A stretch of 64,000 bases of DNA from Octopus vulgaris (GCA_951406725.2 OX597821.1:84196001-84260000), one strand, 5' to 3'; numbered from the stretch's first letter, positions 41,451 through 55,032 are shown. Program-made: numbers and translations. Notes: generated by a model not told the origin, from the letters alone.

Positions 41451-42403
41451 TGTTGTTCGTGTTTAAACCAAAAGCGATACTTGCATGTGAACTTTTGTTA
41501 TTCTCTTTCTCTTTCTCTTTTTACTTGTTTCAGTCATTTGACTGCGGCCATGCTGGAGCACCGCCTTTAATCGAGCAACTCGACTCCGGGACTTATTCTT
41601 TGTAAGCCCAGTACTTATTCTATCGGTCTCTTTTTTGCCGAACCGCTAAGTGACGGGGACGTAAACACACCAGCATCGGTTGTCAAGCGATGCTAGGCGG
41701 ACAAACACAGACACACAAACACACACATATATATACATATATACGACAGGCTTCTCTCAGTTTCCGTCTATCAAATCCAATCACAAGGCATTGGTCGGCC
41801 CGAGGCTATAGCAGAAGACACATGCCCAAGGTGCCACGCAGTGGGACTGAACCCGGAACCATGTGGTTGGTTAGCAAGCTACTTACCACACAGCCACTCC
41901 TGCGCCTATTGTTGACAAGATTTCTGTTTGGTGTAGTAAAACTGTCTGTAATTTCTTACAGTTCGCATATATTTTTAATAATTTGCGTTACAATCAAAAT
42001 AGTGTTGTTTTGTGGTTTCTGCGTGTGAAATATTTTATGCATTTTCAGTTTTTGTTCAATGGGGTGTAGCATTAAACCTCCACGGCCATTTATGTCGTTT
42101 GGTAATTTACTCTTTTTTACTCTTTTACTTGTTTTAGTCATTTGACTGTGGCCATGTTGGAGCACCACCTTTAGTCGAACAAATCGACCCAGGACTTATT
42201 CTCTGTAAGCCTAGTACTTATTCTATCGGTCTCTTTGCCTTACCGCTAAGTAAACGCACCAGCATCTGCTGTCAAGCGATGTTGGGGGAACAAACACAGA
42301 CACACAAACATATACGCATACATACATACATACATACATACATACATACATACATACATACATACTTACATACATACATGCATGCATGCATGCATGCATG
42401 CAT

Positions 42404-42487
<84 letters not shown>

Positions 42488-42677
42488 GACGGGCTTCTTT
42501 CAGTTTCCGTCTACCAAATCCACTCACAAGGCTTTGGTCGGCCCGAGGCTATAGTAGAAGACACTTGCCCGTCGTGCCACGCAGTGGGACTGAATCCGGA
42601 ACCATGTGGTTGGTAAGCAAGCTACTTACCATACACCCACTCCTACACCTATTTGAGAGGAAAGAATTATAAACAAG

Positions 42678-42735
<58 letters not shown>

Positions 42736-43207
42736 ACCACTGTAATTAGAGACTCTAAACAGGGTAATTATTTTTACGCGAATATTTTTTTCATGGAAAC
42801 TATTTCATCGAGCAAAATATTTTGTATCAGAAAATGTCTCGTAAAACAAATCAACTTCACCAGCAGTAAATAATTACAGCAACAATAACCCTTTCTAATA
42901 CAGGCCTGAAATTTCGTGGGAGGGTTTAACTCGATTACATCGACCCCAGTATTCAACCGGTACTTATTTTATCGACCCGGAAAGGATAACAGACAAAGTC
43001 GAGCTCAAAACCTGAAGACAAATGAAATGCCGCTAAGCATTTTGCCCGGAGTGCTAACGATTCTGCCAGACCGTCGCCTTAATAATAATTATTATTATTA
43101 TTTCAAATTTTTGCCACAAGGGTAGCTTGGGGGAGGTGGGGATGAATCGATTACATCGACCCCAGTTCTTGGCTGGTACTTATTTTATCGTCACCGAAAG
43201 GATGAAA

Positions 43208-44038
43208 GAACTATACAAGAAATTGAAAACGAATGAAACTGAAAATAGGTGCGTAAAGAAAAGAATGCATGGTCAGTTTCATAGGGATGTTGAAGATAAG
43301 ACAGAGAAAAAAGATGGCTGTGGATGACAAAAAGTGATTTAAAACCGGAAACGGAGGCTCTAATCTGTGCTACCCAAGAGCAAGCATCAAGAACCAATTA
43401 CATAAAATACAGAATAGATAACACATCAGAAAGTGGTAAGTGCAGAATCACCAGCCAATGTACGCCACTTGCCCAGAAGGAATATAAGAGACGCCACGCC
43501 ACATTGGACACTTTGCAACAAGTATGGATTTGACAGAGCAAGAAATTGGTACGACCACAAACCTGAAGGTATCGTCGAAATCAGAAATGCAAAGATCCTA
43601 TGAGATTTTATGATTCAGTGCGACCATAAGATAGAGAACAGGAAGCCGAACATAGTCTTAATTGAAAAAGAAAATAATCTATGCTGGATCATAGATATAG
43701 CATGCCCAGCTGACAACAAGGTATGCGATAAGGAAGAAAGAAAAGTCGATAGATATGACAGGTTAGCTTGGGAAGTTAAGCAGTTGTGGTCGATGAAAAA
43801 GATAGTAGTAGTACCAATAATTGTCGGAGCCCTGGTAACAGTGAGCAAAAATCTCAAGAAGTATGTTGAACAAATAGGGACTGCAATAAGGGTGGTGCAC
43901 TTGAAGAAAACAGCACTGCTTGGAACCGCTCGAATACTCCGGGAGGTGTTCGAAAAATAAGAGGTGTTACCGTAGTTCACTGGTACTGAACAGCTGACAC
44001 CGTAGCACATCTCCAGCGTTAGAAGCTATGCACAGGCA
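43208..44038 (+). mobile_element. Decayed 3' fragment of R4/Dong-like RLE retrotransposon
   Basis: MHGQF, ETEALICATQEQ, YKRRH, RKPNIV..WIIDIACP, VPIIVGAL, LGTARILR. Ends at (TAA)n starting 44039. Confidence 0.88.
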
Positions 44039-44041
44039 ATG

Positions 44042-44126
<85 letters not shown>

Positions 44127-44145
44127 TAATAATAATAATAATAAC

Positions 44146-44210
<65 letters not shown>

Positions 44211-44265
44211 CAATAATAATAATAATAATAATAATAATAGTAATAACAATAATAATAATAACAAC

Positions 44266-44324
<59 letters not shown>

Positions 44325-44355
44325 TGATGATGATGATGATGACGATGACGATGAT

Positions 44356-44390
<35 letters not shown>

Positions 44391-44404
44391 TGATGATGAT
44401 GATG

Positions 44405-44499
<95 letters not shown>
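44039..44499. repeat. (AAT)/(GAT)/(GAC) compound array between two Dong-like elements
   Basis: Direct reading. Confidence 0.95.
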
Positions 44500-44501
<2 letters not shown>

Positions 44502-47500
44502 ATCAGATGAACAGTATATCCCGCCACGAGGCTTAATTGAAAGACTGCCATCTGACCAAAGTACGCAAAGGCCTGAAGATACAAGAAATTCTATTGTACC
44601 TGTTAAAGATAGCCAGGAAAATGAAAAAACAACAGTAACTGAAGATCTCGCATTTGCTGAAGAACACAGAGAGTCTATGGCAGAAATGAGGCAGAAAATC
44701 CTGAATACGCTTGAAGTTGTAAGACATACAAGTATGAATGATAGAGAACCACTTCATAAACTCTCAAATACAAACCAAAATAAAAAACAAATCCAAATTG
44801 GCAACTATGTAACAAATGAAATAATACGAGAATTAAAACCTGATTTTACTGAGTTAAATGAAATTATTTACGCTTCTGCTAGGGCAATTGAAACCAGCTG
44901 TATGCCCCCGAAAAAACAAAGAAAACAAAACCTGGGAAGAAATCAAACCTGGAGAAGTAAAATTGAAAAAGAGATTGAATTTATGAGAGGGGAAATATCA
45001 ATATTAAATGAAATAATATGTGGAAATGATGTAAGATCCAGAACAGGAAGAAAGATGAAGAGAAAATTTGGATCCTCACCAAGAGAAGAACTGATATCAA
45101 TAAAAGAAACGCTGAAACAAAAAGTCCAAGCAAAAGCCCAAAGAATACGAAGATTTGAGAAGAGAAACAAGTTTTACAAGCAAAATAAGCTGTTCACATC
45201 CAATGCCAAAAAATTCTACAGAGAAATAGGGAAGGAGAAAGTAACCGTTAAAGACCCCCCTCCCATGGAAGAAGTTCAAAACTTTTGGAAAAGGATTTGG
45301 AGTGACAAGAAGACGTACAACATAAATGCAGACTGGATTATACAAACTGAAGGATCCTACCAAAATTTACAACAACAAGCATGGGAAGACACCACAATAG
45401 CAGACCTAAGAAAGGCACTCACGAAGGCCCATAATTGGAAATCCCCCGGTAAAGATAGGGTGCCGAATTTCTGGCTCGCATCGCTTCCATGCGCACACGG
45501 TAAGCTAGTTCAGCTGCTCAATGGAATTATGAGAGACCCAAAGAAAACACCTGAATGGTTAGCAAGTGGCATTACTTACCTACTCCCAAAGAATAACGAA
45601 ACCAACCTTCCAAAAAACTATCGGCCTATAACCTGTCTATCCACCACGTATAAAATCCTAACATCTATCCTGGCGGAGAAAACATATGCATTCATGGAGA
45701 AGAACGATATTTTCCCCATTGAACAAAAAGGGTGCCGCCGAGGCTCTTACGGATGCAAAGATCAACTGCTAATCAATCGTATGATCCTTGAGAACTGTCG
45801 CAACAAGCGCAGAAATCTCAGCTCCGCATGGATTGACTATAAAAAGGCCTTCGACAGTATAACGCATCCATGGATCTTGAGATCGCTGGACATCTTCAAA
45901 ATTTCCCCTGTGATTTCAAACTTCCTGAAGCACAATATGTCGTTGTGGAATACGAATCTCCAATTATACCACTCTAATGGAGTACTTGCCTCAGAAAATA
46001 TAAACATCAACTGTGGAATTTTTCAAGGTGACTCACTTTCACCTTTAATATTCTGCATAGCCCTAATACCCCTTACAAGTGAATTAAACAGAACAGGGTA
46101 TGGGTATAAAATTGCCAATAAAAAAATAAGCCATCTATTTTATATGGATGACTTAAAACTTTATGGTAAAGACAATAATGAACTTGAAGGCCTATTGCAC
46201 ACCGTGAAAGCATTCAGCGATGACATCGGGATGGAGTTTGGACTTGAGAAGTGTGCCAAGGCCACTTTCCAGAAAGGGAAAGTGAAGACCACAAATTCAG
46301 TCGTGTTAGATGTTGACACAGTCATAAGAGAGCTTGAGCAAGAACAAACATACAAATATTTAGGGATAAATGAAGGCTCTGGTATTCAGCATGCAAGCAT
46401 GAAAGAGAAGATCAGGAAGGAATGTTATAGGAGAGTTCGTGCAGTCCTGAAATCTGAACTAAATGCACGTAACAAGGTGTTAGCTATAAATTCCTTAGCA
46501 GTTCCAGTTGTTACTTATAGCTACAATGTGTTGAACTGGAATATGAGTGAAGTAAAGAATATAGATAGGAAAATACGCAAGCTGCTGAGTTGTAATAGGA
46601 TGCACCACCCAAAGGTAGACGTAGATCGCCTTTACCTTCCCAGAGCCCAAGGAGGTCGAGGCCTGATCCAATTTGAACTAGCTTACAAAACAACCACAAT
46701 TGGACTGGCCAAATATCTCGAAATATCGAATGACTGGATGCTAAAGCTCGTGGAAAATCACGAGAGACGAAAGAAGCTTCATTCTATCATAAAGGAAAGC
46801 AAAAAATTTGCTATTGATCTCGTGCAGGATACCCAAACTGAACAACCCGAGGGAAGTACGGCAACTATTGTTGCAAAGAAGGTGAAAATGATGGCAATGA
46901 AAAAAGCGCACGAGCAATTGGCTGATAGGTGGGAGGAGAAACCTCTGCACGGCAAATATGTGACCCGCAGCAAACAAGCTGATGTTGACCAGAAGCAAAC
47001 CCATCAGTGGCTACGGAGCTCAGGGCTAAAAGCAGAGAGCGAAGGTTTCATCCTGGCTGCTCAAGATCAAAGCCTATTAACCCGGAACTACCAGGCCAAT
47101 GTGATGAAAAATGGAGCAGACCCAAAATGCCGATTCTGCAACGATATGATTGAAACAGTGGACCACCTAGTCTCTGGATGTAAAGTCTTAGCACCAGTGG
47201 AGTATAAATTAAGACATGACAGAGTTGGCCAATATCTCCACTGGCTAATAAGTCGGCATTACAATATCAAAACTGCCGACAAGTGGTATAATCACCACCC
47301 TGAGGCTGTAACTGAAGGAGAAAATGTAACCATTCTGTGGGACTTTCCAGTACATACAGACCGAACCATCAAGGCCAATAAACCAGATATTGTTGTGAAA
47401 GACCAAAACAATAAAGTTTGCTTATTGATCGACATGAGCATCCCCTGTGATCATAATATCTCAGCGAAAGAGTTTGACAAGCTCAGAAAATATAAAGACC

Positions 47501-47870
47501 TACTCATTGAAATTGAGAAAATGTGGCATCTCAAGGCAGTTACAATACCAGTGATCGTAGGAGCACTAGGAATGATCAAGAAGGGAACCGAAAATTATAT
47601 GAGAATGATCCCTGGCTTACCATCCCTGCAAGAAGTGCAAAAGATTGTCTTAACTGGTACATCACACGTATTGAGAAGAGCATTGTCGATGTGAGAACTG
47701 TTGCTGCTCATGTATTTTAATTTAACTTTAAAAAAAAAAAAAAAAATGAACGAACTATTGAGTTTGGTTTAATGGCCTACCAATGTATACTATGAGTTTC
47801 TTTGCCCTAGGAGTCGGGAAGACACTCGGCAAGAAATGGAAGCAAATTTGAAAGAAGAAAAAAAATAAAA

Positions 47871-47871
<1 letters not shown>
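44498..47871 (+). mobile_element. Young 5'-truncated Dong-like RLE retrotransposon inserted in (TAA)n
   Basis: Flanked by (AAT)n on both sides (44445-44499 and 47872-47937). Coding sequence starts right at the 5' junction; ~175-bp 3' UTR with stem-loop. Confidence 0.9.
44677..47694 (+). CDS. Non-LTR retrotransposon polyprotein, R4/Dong clade: reverse transcriptase + CCHC zinc knuckle + restriction-like (PD-D/ExK) endonuclease
   Basis: Uninterrupted 1005-aa ORF. RT motifs: WKSPGKD, NYRPITCL, EQKGCRRG, WIDYKKAFDS, GIFQGDSLSP, YMDDLKLY, FGLEKC, YKYLG. C-terminal motifs: LHGKY, AAQDQSL, CRFC...H...C, RHDRV, KPDIVV..D..LIDMSIP, K..KY..L, PVIVGALG. The frame is also open upstream of the ATG. Confidence 0.95.
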   Translation: MAEMRQKILNTLEVVRHTSMNDREPLHKLSNTNQNKKQIQIGNYVTNEIIRELKPDFTELNEIIYASARAIETSCMPPKKQRKQNLGRNQTWRSKIEKEIEFMRGEISILNEIICGNDVRSRTGRKMKRKFGSSPREELISIKETLKQKVQAKAQRIRRFEKRNKFYKQNKLFTSNAKKFYREIGKEKVTVKDPPPMEEVQNFWKRIWSDKKTYNINADWIIQTEGSYQNLQQQAWEDTTIADLRKALTKAHNWKSPGKDRVPNFWLASLPCAHGKLVQLLNGIMRDPKKTPEWLASGITYLLPKNNETNLPKNYRPITCLSTTYKILTSILAEKTYAFMEKNDIFPIEQKGCRRGSYGCKDQLLINRMILENCRNKRRNLSSAWIDYKKAFDSITHPWILRSLDIFKISPVISNFLKHNMSLWNTNLQLYHSNGVLASENININCGIFQGDSLSPLIFCIALIPLTSELNRTGYGYKIANKKISHLFYMDDLKLYGKDNNELEGLLHTVKAFSDDIGMEFGLEKCAKATFQKGKVKTTNSVVLDVDTVIRELEQEQTYKYLGINEGSGIQHASMKEKIRKECYRRVRAVLKSELNARNKVLAINSLAVPVVTYSYNVLNWNMSEVKNIDRKIRKLLSCNRMHHPKVDVDRLYLPRAQGGRGLIQFELAYKTTTIGLAKYLEISNDWMLKLVENHERRKKLHSIIKESKKFAIDLVQDTQTEQPEGSTATIVAKKVKMMAMKKAHEQLADRWEEKPLHGKYVTRSKQADVDQKQTHQWLRSSGLKAESEGFILAAQDQSLLTRNYQANVMKNGADPKCRFCNDMIETVDHLVSGCKVLAPVEYKLRHDRVGQYLHWLISRHYNIKTADKWYNHHPEAVTEGENVTILWDFPVHTDRTIKANKPDIVVKDQNNKVCLLIDMSIPCDHNISAKEFDKLRKYKDLLIEIEKMWHLKAVTIPVIVGALGMIKKGTENYMRMIPGLPSLQEVQKIVLTGTSHVLRRALSM

Positions 47872-47910
<39 letters not shown>

Positions 47911-47937
47911 TAATAATAATAATGATAATGATAATAA

Positions 47938-48520
47938 TCTTTTCGTAATTAAACACTGAGGATTCAATTTTAAAAATCCACTGGGGACGGTACAGGACAA
48001 TACAATAGAAATAGGGAGGGACTGAAACGGGGAAACAAAGAAGAACAATACAAAAATCCCGAAAAGCGAGAGACTTTCTAAGGATGTTCTTGGAAACCCC
48101 ACAAAAAAGCCACGATCACCCTGATCTTTAGGGCAAGTTCCTTCTCCTCTTCAGCTGCCCATGATCTACAGAGCATGCGCTAAGAGTAGGCCCGCTCACT
48201 CGGATCATTCGCGCTACATTCACCATCTTTTAACAAAATTGCTGGGAAACAACACTTCCCTCTCTACTTTCACTTTCCTTTTCAACTGAAACTTTAAAAA
48301 GTGTTGATGAGGGATTGGCCAAAGAGGAGAGTGTCTGTCTTGAGCCCTTTCAACCTGGATTACCACACACCCTTTGTCACTAAGGCCACCAGACAAAGAA
48401 ATATCGCCTTCTATTCCCGGCCAAAGAAAGACAGCAGGGTGATCTTCATAATGTACTTAGCTGCTTGCCGGATCCGTCCTTGAGTTTTATACTGTAGCAA
48501 GACAGTTTTGATACATAAGT
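47938..48520 (-). mobile_element. L1/Tx1-like LINE 3' fragment
   Basis: Minus-strand relic FLCLVALV..GVW*SRLKG...LKRKVKVEREVL...FVKRW, then T-rich 3' UTR abutting (TTA)n. Confidence 0.55.
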
Positions 48521-48534
48521 ACACTTCGGTATAT

Positions 48535-48838
48535 GGAGGCACATGGCCTAGTGGTTAGAGCAGCGACTCACGGTCGAGGGATCGGGGTTTTCGAATCTCA
48601 GACCGGGCGGTGTATGTGTTTATGAGCGAAAACACCTAAGCTCCACGCGGCTCCGGCAGAAGGTAATGGCGAACTTCTGTTGACTCTTTCGCCACAACTT
48701 TCTCTCACTCTTTCCTTGTGCATCTTGCAGCTCATCTACGACGGACTGGCATCCCGTCCAGGTGGGGAACCTATACGCCAAGGAAACCAGGAAACCGGCT
48801 CTATGAGCCAGGCATGGCTTGAGAAGGAACAAACAAAC
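48535..48838 (+). mobile_element. SINE family C
   Basis: Colinear with 8418-8719. Confidence 0.85.
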
Positions 48839-50140
48839 ACTTCGGTGTACGAAATTTTTCAATATTGATGCAATAATCGAATGTAATTCAATATAGGTGT
48901 AGGCATAGTTGTGTGGTAAAAAGCTTGCTTCCCAACCATATCGTTCCATGTTCAATCCCACTGCGAGGGCCCCTTCGGCAAGTACTTTCTACTATAGCTT
49001 CGGGCCAACCAAAGCCTCGAGAGTGGATTTCGTAGATGGAAACTGAAAGAAGCCCGTTGTATATATATATATGTGGGGGGGACTTTGTGTCTGTGCTTGT
49101 TCCTCTCATCATTGCTTAACAACCGGTATTGGTGTGTTTACTTCCCAGTAACTTAATTGTTCAGCAAAAGAGACTGATAGAATAAGTACTGTGCTTTAAA
49201 AAAATAGTTTGTCCTGGGGTCAATTTCTTCGACTAAAAACCCGCAAGGCTGTGCTCCAGCATGGCCGCAGTCAAATGACTGAAACAAATAGAAGAATAAA
49301 AGAATTATAATAGCATACCGTAGTATAAGTGTTGTACATATTGATAGACTAACGATTTCCTGGCGGCCGATTGGCAGAATCGATATTTTCTAGTTCTTTA
49401 TGTGGAGGCTTGTTGATTGGTGGTTAGAGTGTTTAACTCATGGTTTTGGTTTCGATTCCTGGACTGGGTGACTCGTTCTGTTCTTGAACAAAACACTTCA
49501 TTTCACGTTGCTCCAGACCTCTCAGCTAGCACAAAATGAGTAATCCTGCGACGAACCGGCGTCCCATCCTAGCGAAGGAAAAATCGTATGAGCCACGGAA
49601 ACCGGGAACCCGTCCCAGTGATCCTATATGACTCACGACGGATCTTTTCGTTCTTTATATTCTGAGTTCGAATCCCCGTCAAGACCAACTTCATCTTTTA
49701 TCCATCCCATCAGTCCAGAAAAATACAGGCGAAATTGATGTCTATCAAAGTTATTTTTTGTGTGCTACTTGCGCCTTAAAGGCGGGGGAGAGTACAAAGC
49801 TCAAACTCTACGTTGTTCCTGGGAGGGGGCAGTGACCCTATATATTGATAAATTTGAAAGATAATATACTGGACGTAAGTCGGTAGAAGAAGCAAATTCC
49901 TCGTTTGTCCCAGTGTGAACAAATCATTATTACACAAAACCATCTCTAAGCTCTCTCTTTTACTCTTTTACTTGTTTCAGTCATTTGACTGCGGCCATGC
50001 TGGAGCACCGCCTTTAGTCGAGCAAATCGACCCCGGGACTTATTCTTTGTAAGCCCAAGTCTCTTGTGCCGAACCGCTAAGTGACGGGGACGTAAACACA
50101 TCAGCATCGGTTGTCAAGCAATGCTAGGGGGACAAACACA

Positions 50141-50252
<112 letters not shown>

Positions 50253-50939
50253 TACGACAGGCTTCTTTCAGTTTCCGTCTACCAAATCCACTCACAAGGC
50301 ATTGGTCGGCCCGGAGCTATAGCAGAAGACACTTGCCCAATGTGCCACGCAGTGGGACTGAACCCGGAACCATGTGGTTGGTTAGCAAGCTACTTACCAC
50401 ACAGCCATTCCTGCGCCTTGTCACATCGTTATAGTTTCATCTGTGATTTCAATCCTGCAAAGTAAATTCTAGATCAGTTTGATCTGAACAATGATAACTA
50501 TGACAGAAACACGGCATCACTATAAGGGACCAGTAGCGTAGCTAGAATGTGTTCCACTTGGAGCGGCCCTTTAGTTTGCTGCCCTCTACCCCATTTACAA
50601 ACTTTTACAACAGACCCGAAAGTACCAATCCTACCGAAGCACTGCTCGTGGCTGATCACCCCATCGCTCTCGTCTCCACCAGTTACGCGGATTTGAGGAA
50701 ACCTCATCGCGTATCTCTCGAACTGCTAGAAATAGCAACCAATTCTTCTCCAAACCGCGCCATTACCGTCTTAGGAAATAAAGCACACAATATCGTTACG
50801 GATCTATTCAATTTGACGTACAGATTTTTTAATTCATTTTTTTTAACTAAACCCCTTGAAACTTCCGATTCTGGTAGAATGTATCGTGTAGAACAGGGTT
50901 TACTCTTAACGTTTTGGACAAAATTTTGTATTTTAGAAG

Positions 50940-51654
50940 TTATTTCGTGATAAAGTTGTCGTATTTGGGTAATTTTAACCAATCAACGATGTGTATTCAG
51001 CTGAAGAAAATTACTGCTGCTGTTTGCGAACAACAACTTCCAGGAAGGATATTGTGTGCCCTGTTCTTGAAATGCGACAGAATGATCACTGGATTACCTT
51101 TGAACATACGTCAGGTCGATTGAGGCTGACGTGGGTTCAAAAACCACGATCACCAAAACAGTAATAAAAACAAGAACATATTTTGGTTGTTACTCATGAC
51201 AATTGACATCTGCTGTGACGTCACTGACAGAATGGCTATGTTTTATCAGTGCTACCAGACGAGATAGAGTAAGGCTACTGTCGTGTTAACACTCACGTAC
51301 GCACGGCGAGGCGTGGGATGGTCGGTATCTAAAGCACATTTACTTAACTGAAGAGAGAGGAGGAGAGAGAGAGAGAAAAAAGAGAGAAAGAGAGAGAGAG
51401 AGATGGGGGGAGAGAGAGGGAGAGAGAGAGAGGGAGAGAGAAAGAAAGTGAGAGAGCGAGAGAGGGGGAGGGAGAGAAAGAAAGTGAGATATAAAAACAC
51501 AGATGCATACATAAGTAGCTTGCTTTACCAACCACATGTTTCTGGGTTCAGTCCCACTGCGTGGTACCTTGGGCAAGTGTCTTTTACTATAGCCTCGGGC
51601 CGACCAAACCGTTGTGAGTGGATTTCGTAGACGGAAACTGAAAGAAGCTCGTCG

Positions 51655-51719
<65 letters not shown>

Positions 51720-52262
51720 ATATGTTTGTATCTCTGTGTTTGTCCCCCCAACATCGCTTGACAACCGATGCTGGTGTGTTTACGTCCCTGTAACTTAGCA
51801 GGTCGGCAAAAGAGAACGATAGAATAAGTACTAGGCTTACAAAAGAATAAGTCCTGGGGTCGATTTGCTCGACTAAAGGCGGTGCTCCAGCATGGCCGCA
51901 GTCAAATGACTGAAACAAGTAAAAGAGTAAAAGAGAATGCAATAGAAAGAGAGCAAATCAAACGAATTGAAGGGGAACCCCTGCATTGGCCAATTTTGGA
52001 GAACCACTAAAGACGTATGTGAAAATAATAGACCAGCCATAACAATTATTTCGTGATAAAGTTGTCGTATTTGGGTAATTTTAACCAATCAACGATGTGT
52101 ATTCAGCTGAAGAAAATTACTGCTGCTGTTTGCGAATAACAACTTCCAGGAAGGATATTGTGTGCTCTGTTCTTGAAATGCGACAGAATGATCACTGGAT
52201 TACCTTTGAACATACGTCAGGTCGATTGAGGCTGGCGTGGGTTCAAAAACCACGATCACCAA
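50940..52262 (+). repeat. Direct repeat pair of about 217 bp (50940-51156 and 52047-52262)
   Basis: Near-identical copies (a few substitutions) about 1.1 kb apart. Confidence 0.9.
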
Positions 52263-52398
52263 TCTTACTAATCAACCCATCATGACCGTTTCATTAAGCC
52301 CTGCAAAAGAACTCGGAAGGTCGGACCACCAACAAGGCCTTTTGCGACAGCCTTAAAGCCAGGAACTTTTCAGCACCCTCTCATATATATCTGTGTAC

Positions 52399-52462
<64 letters not shown>

Positions 52463-54981
52463 GTGTGTCTGTGTGTCTGTGTGTGAGAGAGAGAGAGAAA
52501 GAGAGAGAGTGTGTGTGTGTGTGTATGTATTTGTGCCTGTGTTTGTCACTCACACCGCTTGACAACCGGTGTTGCTGTGCTGTGTTTATATACCCCAGTA
52601 ACCTAGTGGTTCGGTAAGAGATACCGATAGAATAAGTGCCAGGCTAAACAAAAAGTACTGTTGTTGATGCATTTGACTAAAAGTTCTTCAAGTCGGTGCC
52701 CCAGCATGACCGCAGTCTAATGACTGAAACAGGTAAAAGATAAAAGCAAAAAATTGAAACAGAATTTTACACGCGGCCCTTCGAAGTCTTTAGTTTTGGA
52801 TTTAACAATAACTGCCGGGTGTACTTAATATCTGTTTTACTCTAGCACGTGTAGACCGATGATTAACTGACCTAGACTGATGTGATTATTGTTAGACTGA
52901 AGGTCAAAGTTATTCGATCGCCAGCAGGCCCATGCTGTATGGTCTGCAAGCACTTGTAAAAATCCGTTTTCATTTTGAGAGCCCTTGTAATTCAGTTCCA
53001 TACTATCTATGGATATAGGATGTTACTTTAGCTCTTTACACAAGCGTATGGCATTGAACGGAACCTGGTGATGCTATATCATTTTGGTAGTTGATTTATT
53101 TTAGTCCATCTACTTCTGTTACAATAGATCATTTGAATTGCGTTATTTCTCATGCAACTATAATTAACATTTAAATTGAACAGCTTAAAAGTTAAATAGG
53201 AAAACATCGTTGACAGGAAATTCCGAGCGATATTACTAGATTCAACACTCATATCATAAAATACGAATGGATGTGGGAGTTATAAATCATTGCTCTGCCT
53301 TTTGCTGATTCAAACTGCTTTTGTCTTTGTAGTAGAGTAACAAAGCTATGAAATATTTTTGATGATGACGGAAGAGTAAAATGAAAAAATGAAAAAATGG
53401 GGATGGAGAATTAGTAACTGGGGCAAAATGAGTAATTTCTAATTTCTCGTTATTTTCTCTCTACCTGCTTGAAATTACCGCATTGCAGGTATTACACCAT
53501 CATTTTGTACTGTTGTGTTATCTTCGGGAGCAAAGATTAATTACCATAGCTCTTGTTATTGAAGTTGAGAGAGAGTTTGGATCACAGTCAGGTCCTTTTG
53601 TTTTTTCAAGAAACTTTTCCTCAACTTTGAGGCGATTGTAATTAAGGTTGTTAATAAAATATCTGGATTATTTTTTGTGTATTTAATAATCCTTATTCTT
53701 TTCTCTATTGGATTCCAAGTCAATTTTCCCCACACTAATGTCTTGTATGATAATTGTCAATTTTCAAAAAATTACGTCTAAATTGGGGCAAAATGAGTAA
53801 TAACTGATTTCAATAATTTCAACCACCACAGTAGATCGTGAAGAAGCTGTAGAGAATGTTTTATGTTGAGTCCTTAGATTTAGTTGAGTTTCGTTAGTTT
53901 CAGCTCACATGCCATTTTTTCATGGTCCTCTTTCATTTGACCTAGATATTTTGAATTTTTGTTGCATTTCTGATCTTTCTGGATATTAACGTGTATGAAT
54001 CTTTTTCAAATGTAATTCAGGAAAATTGAAGAGGCAAATTTACCTTATATCTTGTCTTATTTATTTTATCCCATCTAAATTTGTCTTTTATATTCTCAAA
54101 GAGAACTAAGATAATAGGCGTAGGAGTGGCTGTGTGGTAAGTAGTTTGCTTACCAACCACATGGTTCCGGGTTCAGTCCCTTGGGCAAGTTTCTTCTACT
54201 ATAGCATGGGCCGACCAAAGCCTTGTGAGTGGATTTGGTAGACGGAAACTGAAAGAAGCCCGTCGTATATATGTATATATATATATATATGTGTATGTAT
54301 ATATGTTTGTGTGTCTGTGTTTGTCGCCCCAACATCGCTTGACAACCGATGCTGGTGTGTTTACGTCCCCGTAACTTAGCGGTTCGGCAAAAGAGACCGA
54401 TAGAATAAGTACTAGGCTTACAAAAGAATAAGTCCCGGGGTCGAGTTGCTCGACTAAAGGCGGTGCTCCAGCATGGCCACAGTCAAATGACTGAAACAAG
54501 TAAAAGAGTAAAAGAGAATAATGTTCTGAAATGAAGTTCTGAATATATTATAGTGATTTTAATGCATTAAGAGAAGCCCATTTGCTTCGGTGATATAGTT
54601 TTTGTGAGGTGGTGAACGTTTGTAAAAGATTTTTTTTTTCTTAGAGTCAAAAATACAGTAAATATTATTCGTTGTGCCTCATCCACCTAACTTCTTCAGA
54701 ATGTCGAAGCGGCGATAGACGAAACAAAACAAAAAAAAAATCAGCGCATTTGTAAGCTTATTGTTGAATGTTGATGTAAATAAATATTTACAAATGGGTT
54801 GTATGGCGTTCATCGGGAGGTGACCAAGAATAGGTTATGAATGCCACAGTAACGCTGTCCCGCGTATGCGACTGGTACCCTATCACGAGTTGTTCTTGAT
54901 TTTTCTAGAAATTCAGTAACTGAGGAGAGCGAAAGTATTTTCCGAATGTACTATGGGTTTTGGAACACACTATGAGTGCTG

Positions 54982-55032
<51 letters not shown>

